From Tubulanus polymorphus (Eukaryota > Animalia > Nemertea): 64,000 nt of DNA. Position numbers and translations under genes: made by a program. Where the stretch lies: contig NC_134026.1 of the NCBI RefSeq assembly GCF_964204645.1, positions 15,720,150 to 15,784,149 of the forward strand, given 5' to 3'. Under the pieces are notes generated by a model that saw only the letters and a program-made list of their open reading frames with translations, did no database searches and was not told the origin of the DNA. Shown in pieces: positions 11,741 through 22,681 of this stretch; within the stretch, counting starts at the first letter, position 1; the number at the start of each line of letters is the position of its first letter.

Positions 11741-12053
11741 TGAGATACTACAGAAATTATGAGATATATATACAATCCAGAGACAAAGAGACTAATTCAA
11801 GTAATCAGAGATGATACAAACTAAAGGAAAATTAACGTAGAAACAGTTACACGCTAAAATAGATTAAAGGGAAGCAAACTAAGGGGTGATTATAAACAAC
11901 AATAGTGAGTATGAATATAAATGAAACTTAAAGTCAGTAGTAAAAAGAAAGACAAACTAAGGGGCACTTAAATTAAAACAAAGGTGAATACAAGTTAAGT
12001 CAGAGACGAAATTGATGAGAGAACAAATAACAAATAAATAATCAAAGGGGAAA

Positions 12054-13845
12054 TCAAGTGTTGAGTTTAACCAGTTTACAGAGGAATTTTGATATAAGTT
12101 TATTTTGGGGTGAAAAACCATTGTTAAGGTTTACAACGTTGTTGGAATTTTCAATAATTAATGCAGATTCCAAAATATGTCTTCTAGTTTTATCGCTGCA
12201 AGGGTAAACTAATTCAGCATTAGCAAAATCAAAATTGTGTGAAGTCTGAAAAACATGACTAGCAACTCCGCTTTCAGGTTTAAAGTTTTTTTACATCTAA
12301 TTTATGCTCTTTTATGCGTTGATTAAGATTCCGACCTGTTTCTCCTATATATACTTTGTCGCAAACTTTACAAGGTATTTTATAAATTCCACAGTTTAGG
12401 GATTCGGTTTTCGGTTTGTTGTTAATCAATATGTTACTAAGTTTATTATTGTATTTAAAGATAAGTTGTTTATTTAGTGACCGAAGAGAAACTTTAGAAT
12501 TCTCGAGGAAAGGTACATACGGTACAATGATAGGCTGTTTATCGGTAGCCAACGTAGGAGTTCTAAGGTTGTTATTTCTAAAATGCGTAGTACGAGCTTT
12601 AAGTAGAGCTTTTTTTCAATAGGAAATCGGGGTAGGCAAGTTTTTTGAGAGATTGGTTAATATGGTGAATTTCATCGGGTAGAAATGAGGGGTCGCAAAT
12701 TCTCAAAGCGCGAAGAAATAATCCTTGAGCTAAACCGAGTTTAATATCCGGAGAAGTAAAAGAGAAGTAATGGAGGTAGGATTCAGCGTTGGTAGGTTTC
12801 CTATAAACCGCGAATTTCAAAAAGGATCCACAGTTAAAAATCAAAACATCCAGAAAAGGTATTTTACTATTATATTCCCATTCATACGTAAAAGCCAGAG
12901 ACGGGTAAAGGGAGTTTAAATATATAAGAAAGTTATCAACATTGAAGTCAAAGGGAACCAAAGCCAGAACATCGTCAACATATCTGAGCCAGATTTTAGG
13001 GTGAATATCAGTGTAAAGAGGCAATATTTCAGATTCAACATGTTCTAGGAATAAATTAGCTAGAATAGGACTAAGAGGATTTCCCATAGCGATACCGAAT
13101 GTCTGTTCGTAAAAACAATTGTTGAATTCAAAAAAGGAGTCCGTCGTACAAATAGAGATAAGGTCGATGATACAATCCGTAGGAATGCCGAAGTTAATGT
13201 TAAGTGATGGTAATCTGCGTTTTAAGAAATCAAGAGTAGGTCCAAGAGGAACATTGGTAAAAAGGGAAGTAACATCAAATGATATAAATTTGTCGTTGCC
13301 AGGGATAATATTCTTAATACGTTCAAGTAAGTGTTGATTATGGCGAAGGTGCGACGGAGAGAACGAACCGAGCACCGGAGATAATTGTTTCGCGAGAAAT
13401 TTAGATAACCGGTATGTAGGAGAATTACAATTGGAGACTATAGGGCGCAGTGGAACATTATCTTTATGAATTTTAGGCAATCCATAGATATATGGTAAAG
13501 AGGGAAGACGTGAATGGAACTTATTCAGAGTTTCTTTAGCGGAGGGGAAACGTTTAATAATATCCGAAAGACTTCTGTTGAAATTAGCTTGCATACGAGG
13601 AAGAGGATTCGATTTAAGTTTCTTATAAACACCAGGATTATCCAAGAGAGATTGCATTTTAACATTATAATTATCCAGATCTAAAATCACAATCTTGCCA
13701 CCTTTATCAGCCTTAGATATTTTAATAGTCTTTAACTTCCGTAGTTCTTGGAGGGCGAGCCGAAATCGACGAGGTAGATATTCAAAAAGGTTCCTGTTGA
13801 GTTGATCGCATATAGCCTGTAGATTCATGAATATAAAGTTATAGT
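12054..13845 (-). pseudogene. Penelope-like ORF, unit 3, 5'-truncated, with two homopolymer frameshifts
   Basis: ORFs 12599-13828 and 12280-12552. Confidence 0.92.
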
Positions 13846-14548
13846 TACTTTTCCGGATATTAAACTCGGTTTAGCTCAAGGATTATTTCTTCGCGCTTTG
13901 AGAATTTGCGACCCCTCATTTCTACCCGATGAAATTCACCATATTAACCAATCTCTCAAAAAACTTGCCTACCCCGATTTCCTATTGAAAAAAGCTCTAC
14001 TTAAAGCTCGTACTACGCATTTTAGAAATAACAACCTTAGAACTCCTACGTTGGCTACCGATAAACAGCCTATCATTGTACCGTATGTACCTTTCCTCGA
14101 GAATTCTAAAGTTTCTCTTCGGTCACTAAATAAACAACTTATCTTTAAATACAATAATAAACTTAGTAACATATTGATTAACAACAAACCGAAAACCGAA
14201 TCCCTAAACTGTGGAATTTATAAAATACCTTGTAAAGTTTGCGACAAAGTATATATAGGAGAAACAGGTCGGAATCTTAATCAACGCATAAAAGAGCATA
14301 AATTAGATGTAAAAAACTTTAAACCTGAAAGCGGAGTTGCTAGTCATGTTTTTCAGACTTCACACAATTTTGATTTTGCTAATGCTGAATTAGTTTACCC
14401 TTGCAGCGATAAAACTAGAAGACATATTTTGGAATCTGCATTAATTATTGAAAATTCCAACAACGTTGTAAACCTTAACAATGGTTTTTCACCCCATAAT
14501 AAACTTATATCAAAATTCCTCTGTAAACTGGTTAAACTCAACACTTGA
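13846..14548 (+). pseudogene. Inverted 3' Penelope segment (RT C-terminus plus GIY-YIG)
   Basis: ORF 13898-14548 equals the C-terminal 216 aa of unit 1. The 3' UTR continues to 14966. Confidence 0.92.
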
Positions 14549-14857
14549 TTTCCCCTTTGATTATTTGTTATTTGTTCTCTCATCAATTTCGTCTCTGACT
14601 TAACTTGTATTCACCTTTGTTTTAATTTAAGTGCCCCTTAGTTTGTCTTTCTTTTTACTACTGACTTTAAGTTTCATTTATATTTATACTCACTATTGTT
14701 GTTTATAATCACCCCTTAGTTTGCTTCCCTTTAATCTATTTTAGCGTGTAACTGTTTCTACGTTAATTTTCCTTTAGTTTGTATCATCTCTGATTACTTG
14801 AATTAGTCTCTTTGTCTCTGGATTGTATATATATCTCATAATTTCTGTAGTATCTCA

Positions 14858-14904
14858 TTATTCCTGAAGATGACTATTAGGATATAGTCGAAACGTTGAA
14901 ATAA
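14858..14904 (+). ncRNA. Minimal hammerhead ribozyme (inverted segment)
   Basis: CTGAAGA at 14864-14870, stem II GACTAT/ATAGTC, GAAA at 14890-14893, palindromic AACGTT and stem I TTATTC/GAAATAA. Confidence 0.82.
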
Positions 14905-16212
14905 ACTACTATCTCGAAGTTTCATCTTCGGACTTTTTATTATCATTGTGGGATTCTCTCCTCATCCTTATAATATTTAATTGCGCGTCAGATATAATAT
15001 AAATGTGCATTTTGTAATTTAAACCTCCTTTTTTCTTTTTCATGAATAATTGTATCCCATCTCTAGTGTTCCGTAGTTTTTTTCCCAGAACCATGTAATA
15101 AGTTATCTTCAGTTGTTCTAAAATCTAACCATAATGCATATTCATTACCGATATAATAATCTATTTGATTAATATTACAATCTTCAGATGATTTTACTTT
15201 TTCATTCATAAATTGTTTTCTAATTTCTGGCCACTGATCTATCATTCTCATTCCTTGACAGAATATTTTATTTGCTATACCTTCGATAGTTATTTCTACT
15301 TTTGATATTTCCGGATTATAATAATTAACAACATTTATTGCACCATTAGACTATGTAGCAATGGTAAAAAATATTAATATACCTTTAATAGATCTTCTTG
15401 GGAAGTTAATATTCTCATTGATTATTTCATCATTTGCATTAATAGTTACAATTTTAAATTTTTCGATATAATCATATAATAATGAAAATCCTTGATTATA
15501 TTGAGTTTGAATTGTGCTAGCAATATTTTCATCAGTTACTGTATCATATTCAAAACATATATTCGATAATTTATAACCCATACTTTTAACAACGCTTGAC
15601 AATAAAATTTCATTAACAGGAGCAAATGTTATTTCATATATAATATCTTCTTGTATAACATATTTATATAAAGGCGCATTATTATTTATCAATTCAAAGT
15701 CTAATGGAATTTTATATTTACTACCATAAATCTTTTTTTATCAAATTATCTGTAGCATTAGTTACTACTGCATTATTAGCTTCTGATCTTAATTTATTTT
15801 GGTTTTCTGATTGGATGCCTTGAAATATCATATCATTTCTATTTTCTTTTGTTAACCATAAATCTTTGTAATGCATAAATAAATTATAATCATCTAATGA
15901 GAAAACTGTTTCTGGTCCAATCTTTATAGATAATTTTTTAATCAAATATCTCCCAACATTATCTATAACATAATTATTATTATTGCCAGTTACATTTATA
16001 TCAGCCGATAAATGAATACTATTTGGAACATAAAAAGTATTTGTATTTAATCTCGGGATTCTAACATATAAAGTTTGATTGGGACTAATATTTGAAGGAT
16101 TATGAGTAATTATATGATGAGATCTCTCTGCTTTAATAGCATTAGATATTCTAGAACTCTTAGAAGGATTGATATAACTCCCACTCATTTATTTCAGAGA
16201 AAAAAAATAATT

Positions 16213-17626
16213 ATTTATTTTTTATCATATTAACTAATCCAAAAATAATAGCACTTACAACTGTAATAAAGAATAAAATAATATGTTCAGCAGCAAAGTT
16301 AAGAATATTCCCAGCAGATTTTAAAACAAAACCAACAATTGACGCTATAACTCCGGGTAATGCTGCAGCAGATTATTTAGATAGTTCCCATAGATATTTT
16401 GCTAATTTTTCTAAAACTATCTTTATCTTTATACTGTATAGAATTATTATGACTTGGGGGTTTATCTGGTTTATTAGGAGTAGGTGTAGATTTTTATGAA
16501 TTTTATATAGCTAAACCTATTGTTGTAAATATCATAGTTACCGCTGTTAGAATTGAGAGAATTGTTATACCTTCTAACTTAAACAATTTATTCTATCTTT
16601 TAATGATATTTCAGAATTTGGTTTTATCAACAAATATTTAAAAATAACTTTTAATCTATTAATATTATAATCATATGATTTTGATAATAATTTAATTTCT
16701 TCTTTCTGTAATTCTATGTTATATTCTAAATCCTCTTTTCCTTTTTTTAAATTCAATTTCTTCAATTACTTTATTATCTCTTTTTATCAGTTCTATTTTT
16801 TTCTAAAGTTCTTATTTTAAAATCTCTTATACTTTTATCATGCGCAAATTTGTCAGCTTTATTTCATATACTAATAATTTCTCGAATTGCTTTATCAGAA
16901 AATATATTTAAATCTTCTAATTGTTGATCTGTTGCATCTATTAATCCTTTCGGTAAAAGTTTTTCAATTCGAACTTTATTTGATTTAAGTTTACTAGTTT
17001 TGGAAGTTATATTCTGTTCAGAGGTTGTTTCTGTTTCTAAATTATTATTGATTATTTCAAATAATTCATTAATTCTTTGTTTAAATACTCTTTTATTTTG
17101 ATTTATTTCTGTGTCGGTAACATTTTCTATTTCATTACTATTACTTATTCTTTTAATTCTAGATGGTTCTAAATAACTCAAAGTTGATTCTGCTAATATT
17201 TTTTTTTGATTCTTATAAGTGATATTAATATAATAATCATCTTTCAAATGATAATAATATTCACCATCTAAAGATTTTAATTCTCTTACTTAATATCTGG
17301 CACCTCTATCATTTATATTATATCCAGATCTTTCAAATATAGGTTTGAAATTATAATATATTCATTATATTCTAAATTTTGTTTTACTAAATCTGGATTT
17401 TCATTTTCAGCATTTATTCTCGATCTAGTTTTTTTAAAATCAAACTCGTCTGTTGAAGGGGCTTTAGAACCACTACAGTATCTGCTAAATTAGAATTATA
17501 TGCTGGTCCATCATCATTATCAATATTAGTTTCATTGAAATCAGGTTGCGGTTCATCAGGTATAAATCCTTCATTATTATTTCCCATTTCTCCCATTTCA
17601 TAAGCTTCTCCACCTTCTACATCCGT
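16213..17626 (-). pseudogene. Long viral protein with coiled-coil middle and hydrophobic multi-helix C-terminus, disrupted
   Basis: ORF pieces 17414-17596, 16864-17247 and 16574-16765. C-terminal readings ITILSILTAVTMIFTTIGLAI and AAALPGVIASIVGFVLKSAGNILNFAAEHIILFFITVV. The start appears mutated (TAAACG). Confidence 0.55.
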
Positions 17627-17867
17627 TTATATCTTATAAAAATTAGAATTTAAAATATAATATTCCTCCTATTACAATTCCTATACAAGTTATGGCTAAT
17701 TTAGTATTTTCATGGGATTTATTATCATTATTATTTTTAATTATATCATGTTGGATAATATCAGTTTTATATATTCTAAAGTATTGTAATCTTTTATTTT
17801 AGAATCATAAAACAATTTAATAATCTTAGTTTAAGTTTCTGTTGATTGTATATGTTTTTTAATTTTT

Positions 17868-18410
17868 TCACCTTCCATTAATTAATAAATTGGGTCCTAT
17901 ACAATAATTTAATCTTACATGAGATTTATCTAAATAATTTTGGTACCTGACTATATTTTCTGGAATCGATCTATTTTTATCATTATGAATTGAATCTTCA
18001 AATAATACTTTAAATTGTTTTTGTGTATCAAATGATGTATTTAAATTTCCAATTATTGGGGATCTTGTTTCAACCTGTGATCCTAATATACATATCAAAT
18101 AAGTTCTAATTGATTGATTTATTCTTTGTATACCTGATTTAGTAAAACCTTCACTATTATCTAAAATTAAATAAACCCAACCATTATTGTTTTCTTGTTT
18201 TAAATGATCATAAAATTTCGGTAATTTATTAAAATTTAATGTTTCTAAATCCTTAGTTTCTATTTTACCAAAACCTAAATTAATTATTATAGATATTGTA
18301 ATAACTATTAGATGGTATGGGAAGTGCACAATATTGTAAAATATTTTCAGGACAAGGAATTGATCTTATTGTTCCAATTTTTGTTCTAAAATCAGAATTA
18401 TTTAGGATAC
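17868..18410 (-). pseudogene. Second, diverged copy of viral gene X (3' part)
   Basis: Shares NNGWV...EGFTK.GIQRINQSIRTYLICILG.QVETRSPIIGN with 3707-4192. Confidence 0.75.
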
Positions 18411-18413
18411 TAT

Positions 18414-20767
18414 TCATATTACCCGAATAGATGAACATACATCTTTAACATATTCATTTTTTAATTCATCATAGAATTGTTCTTTTAATAATTCAGTTAT
18501 ATTGAAATCATTATGCGATTTATAAAAACTATATGGAATTGCTCCTTTATATCTCATTAATTGAAAATCATCATTATTTGGATAGTGCTGTTTTAATATT
18601 TTTAATTCATCATCAACTAATGATTTTGATAAATTATCTAATGAACTACTTAAAAATCTATATGAGTCTATAAATCTTAGACACCCAAATTGGAAAGATA
18701 TATGTGTTTTAGCTAACATTTTGAATTTATAAGTTGTTATTTAATCTTTTGATCTATTTGAATTTAATCTTTCTATTTCATTATTGATTTCTTCTATTTT
18801 ATGACATAGCTGTTTGATAAATAAATGAGCATCATACCCCGATAAATTATGAAATATAACTGCAACAAAATTAATTTACTTAGCTTGTAAGTTACAATTC
18901 TCATGTGCTGCACCTCTAAACTTTCCATTCAAATGATCATGGTCTCTAACTTTTTTATCTTTATAATTAAATAGTAATTCACAATATTAACATTTATCTG
19001 AAAACTCAAATTCTTCTTTATCTTCTTCTGTCATTATAATTTCTTTATTTTTATTTAACAATTTATTAAATTTTATTTCATATTCAATTAATAAGTCACA
19101 AAAATGATTGATAACATTTTCATTTCTATAATGATAATATTCACTTTCAATTAGTTCTGGATAATCAGATTTTATATATAATCCAAAAGCTGCAGCACTT
19201 TGATGAATCTTTTTAATAGTATTTGTTATTAGAGGATCTGAATAATCAATTACATCATTTTCATTAGAATTTAATTTCTTTCTTTTATGATATATTTCTT
19301 TTCTATCTTGATCAGTTAATTCCTTATTTAGTGATTCAAAATCACCATATATATTATAAATGGTACTATATTCTTGTAATCATATTTTTGGAATTCTAAT
19401 ACTTTATCCTTTTCATTTGGTAAAACTATTTTACAATAATCATGATTATCACATAATTGTTTATGATTTAATAATGTACTTTCGTTGCTGAATCTATGTA
19501 AACATTTTCTACATAGATATATTTTATTGTGGTTATTTTCTGTTCTAAAAAATAAATCGATTTGTTTAATCCACATATAATGATTTATAATATAATATAT
19601 CTATAACACCATTTGAATCATAAACTTTTGATAGGTATAAAGGCTCTAATGTAAAATGTTCAATTTAATTGCCTTTTGTTTTTGGTAATTTGATTAAATC
19701 GAATACATTTATTTTTACATTATTATCTCTTTCTATTTTTGGAATATCTTTAATTCTAACTGGATAATTATCTATCTTATAATTATTTTCAAATTGTTAA
19801 TCTAAAACTATGTGTTATATCTTCTGTTGGATGTAAGCAACTAATTATTGACCATAGAAAACATTTATCATCAGAATTTTGTACATTTATAACAGCATTA
19901 GTTTTAAATGGTAATTTGATATAACTTGATCCATTTATATTACCATCTTTATAATATGATAAATTATTTTCATCTATTGGTTTTGATTTAGTTAACGTAT
20001 TATATTTTGTGTTATAAACATGTAAAGTCATAAATATTATTTCATCAAATATTAAACCAGATCCTTCAGAATATTTCTCTTCCATTTTATTTTTTATTTC
20101 ATTATAACATATATCTAATCTATCATCTATATGCTGTTTAGATATAATATGTTGTGAATGGGAATTTATATTATATATTGGTTTATCTTCAGATTTTAAA
20201 AATTTAACTTTAGCCGATATACTAATCTTAGGATATTCTACGTCTGTAATCATTTTTATAATATTGTTCATATTTTCTAAATGTTTTTTATTTTCTTCTA
20301 ATGTTTTGCCTTTATGAAATTTGAATTCAATAGCAGCTGGTCCAATATCACTTTTGAATGCTTCGGTTATTTCTATTTATTTTTTATTATCTAATGAATG
20401 AAAATAATTTCTAACATCTTCCATTTATGTTTAATTTATTTCTTATTCTTTTAATTGTCTTCTGTTTCTTATCATTATCAAAATAATCTTCACCTAAAAT
20501 ATCATTATTCATATTTCTAATATGACTTTTAGATTTTAAATGTTGTTCATAATATCTTTTTTCACTGAATGATTGATTACATGTATCACATTTGTATGTT
20601 TCTTTTTCATTCTTCAATTCCTCTAATTTATTTTCTAATATATCATCTTTATATTCTAAGTTTAATTTATTTTCTAAATGTGTTTTAGTTTTATTATGTC
20701 TTGCTTTTTGAGATTTATCTATATTAGCTTTACATGTTGAACAGTAGTACTTCTTATTTGCTTCCAT
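18414..20767 (-). pseudogene. Protein-primed-type family B DNA polymerase (copy B): C2H2 fingers, endonuclease-VII-like motif and exonuclease part; polymerase core deleted
   Basis: Fragments with YGDFES, VRDHDHLNGKFRGAAHENCNL, FHNLSGYDAHLFI, RFIDSYRFLSSSLDNL and KGAIPY. Several frameshifts. Confidence 0.9.
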
Positions 20768-20838
20768 TTTAATATCAAATTTTTTTTTTAAATTGATTTT
20801 AGAAGTTGTTCATATTCATATATATATGAATATCTTAA

Positions 20839-20950
20839 GAGTAATAGGGATATTAGGGGTTCATAACAAAGGTCGAAAAATAAATTCGAGTGTGCGAGTG
20901 TTTTTCGACCCTTCGACCTTTGGTATGAACCCCTATTATCCCTATTACTC
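20839..20950. repeat. Right terminal fold-back palindrome (112 bp) of the viral block
   Basis: GAGTAATAGGGATATTAGGGGTTCATAACAAAGGTCGAA pairs with TTCGACCTTTGGTATGAACCCCTATTATCCCTATTACTC (2 mismatches). Confidence 0.95.
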
Positions 20951-22420
20951 GCATCGAGACCCTTCATTGAGGCATCTACTCGTAAGACTGTTTCCTTATG
21001 CGGATCAAAGTAAGCTAGGCTCGTTGAGCTGCAAATCGCTTCCTTGATCTTGTTCGTGGCTTGTAATCCACTCGAACTTTGAGTCTTTTTTTAGCAGCTC
21101 CCTCAAGGCGGATGTCTGGGCGGACATATTGGCAACGAATGGGCCCATATATGTGACCATGCCAAGAAAGGATTGCAGCTGTTGTACGTCGGTGGGCGAC
21201 TTCGTGGATTTTATGGCCTTGACCTTTCCTGGGTCTGGGGTTGCACCGTTCTCATCAAAAATGACACCAAAAATATCGATGCTGTCCCTGCCGATATTGC
21301 ATTTGTCCTAATTGAAAACGAGACCTTCCATGCGTGCGACCTTCATCAGAGTCAGCAGGCTTTTGTCATGCTCTTGCCTGGTTTTCTTAGGACTACGACG
21401 ACATCTGCGATGCCTTCACATCCGTCGCATCTCTCGAGGATCTGATCCATTCTATGCTGAAAGACATCTTGTGACATCCGTAAGCCGAAGGGCATCCGTT
21501 TAAAATTATATCTCCCGAAAGGGCTGTTGAAACTGGACTGCTCATCCATCTTTACGGGCCAGTATCCGTGTTTAGCATCCAGTTTGGAAAAGTATTTGCT
21601 CCCTGCCAGTCTAGGCTTGATCTCCTCAATCGTTGGGGTCATATGATGACATCTCTTGACTGCACGGTTGAGGTCCTTCGTGTCAAGGCATATTCGTAAC
21701 TTCCCATTGGATTTTCTACTGTATGCAAGGGAATTGACCCAATCTGTGGGTTCAGTAACTGAGGTTATGATGTCACTCTGCTCCATGGAGTCTAAGGCAT
21801 GCTTTATCTCGTCCCTGAGTAGGATTGGCTCTCACCTCGGAGGGTGTATAGTGGGTTGTATGCGCTCATCTAGGACGATGTGATATTCTCCCTTGAATTC
21901 TCTGATTCATTCGAACCAGTCCGGAAATAGGACTTTTAGGTCATGCTTCGCCGATGGCCTGTCCATGGGGACTGTCGTCTTCTCGGCCTGACCGCTTGTT
22001 GGGGTCAGTGTTGTTTCCTGAATCTCACAGTGCAATGTTACTAGCCGCAATTCTCTGCTCGTCGGTAGCCCTATTATGACTCAGTCACATGGAATATTGT
22101 CTTACAGACGTTTCGTCCATACGTACACTCAATCTCGCATATTCTGTGTTGTCCGATCTCTGCTCCACCGTACGCTGTTAATTTTGTGTTACTGTGTTTT
22201 GTTACTCCCGGCAACGGGTATCCATCTGGTGACACATTTGTGGGAAACATGTTCCTGTACAGGCGGAGTGGTAGCAGGTTGCCTTGCCGCCAGCGTTGCA
22301 TTTCACTTTCTACCGATGTCAATATTGACAGTCGCAAAAATTTCGTCTCTACCGTCTTTTGTGCTGACTGTATCAAGGGCCAGTGTCTCGAACTTCAAGG
22401 ATTCGATCTCTTCATCACTT
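20950..22420 (-). pseudogene. Gypsy pol remnant: protease region, RT and start of RNase H; gag largely deleted
   Basis: EPTDWVNSL, GKLRICLD.KDLN, FSKLDAKHGYW, RMPFGL, LQSFLGMVTY and LAYFDPHKETVLRVDASMKGL (cut at the viral terminus). Confidence 0.92.
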
Positions 22421-22434
22421 CGTCATAGGGTTTT

Positions 22435-22447
22435 ACTTCTGACACCA
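22435..22447 (-). promoter_or_regulatory. Primer-binding site complementary to the tRNA-Leu 3' end
   Basis: TGGTGTCAGAAGT directly follows the LTR end ...TTACA on the minus strand. Confidence 0.85.
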
Positions 22448-22681
22448 TGTAATGGTTTCCTCCACGTTATGATGAACACAAGAAAACGCTGTCTTGATAT
22501 TATTATCAACTGATATATTTGTGTCTACGTGTCATGTCTACGTGTCGTGTGGTTGCAGCATAAGAGAGCGAAAAAGAAGCTGTACTACATAATATGACAC
22601 AATAAATATAGGTTACAATAGATGATCCTAATGGGATGACATGAGACAGCTAATGGGAGTGTGCTAATGGGATATGTTACA
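22448..22681 (-). mobile_element. Gypsy 5' LTR (~234 bp)
   Basis: TGTAA...TTACA termini and adjacent PBS. Flank CACGC (22682-22686) versus TACGC (1732-1736) as TSD. Confidence 0.85.

Larger units (their letters stand above)
5879..14967. mobile_element. Penelope-like element insertion: 2 full units, 1 5'-truncated unit (minus) and an inverted 3' segment (plus), with 12-bp TSD
   Basis: Unit edges at 5879, 8737 and 11600, inversion junction at ~13845, TSD TTATAATATTTA at 5867-5878 and 14968-14979. Confidence 0.95.
5838..16188 (-). pseudogene. Probable major capsid protein, frameshifted and split by the Penelope insertion (16188-14968 plus 5866-5838)
   Basis: Consecutive ORF pieces include NPSNISPNQTLYVRIP, NVGRYLIKKLSIKIG and YALWLDFRTTEDNLLHGSG. 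The C-terminus DAQLNIINSQLNSVMY* is restored by removing the insertion. The capsid identity is from recalled family resemblance and a beta-rich pattern, not from a search. Confidence 0.6.
1770..20949. mobile_element. Decayed endogenous Polinton-like/adintovirus-like virus block (composite of at least two variants)
   Basis: Abrupt shift to very AT-rich, densely coding DNA. 5'-AG...CT-3' termini with a ~45-bp imperfect TIR. Contains pPolB-type genes and a probable capsid gene. Confidence 0.85.

Noticed and set aside
6291-14586. Small repeated ORFs antisense to the Penelope ORF
   Set aside because: They are shadow frames, repeated only because the unit is repeated.
14909-15094. 61-aa ORF as an independent gene
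   Set aside because: It is a chimera of the capsid C-terminus and Penelope antisense sequence.
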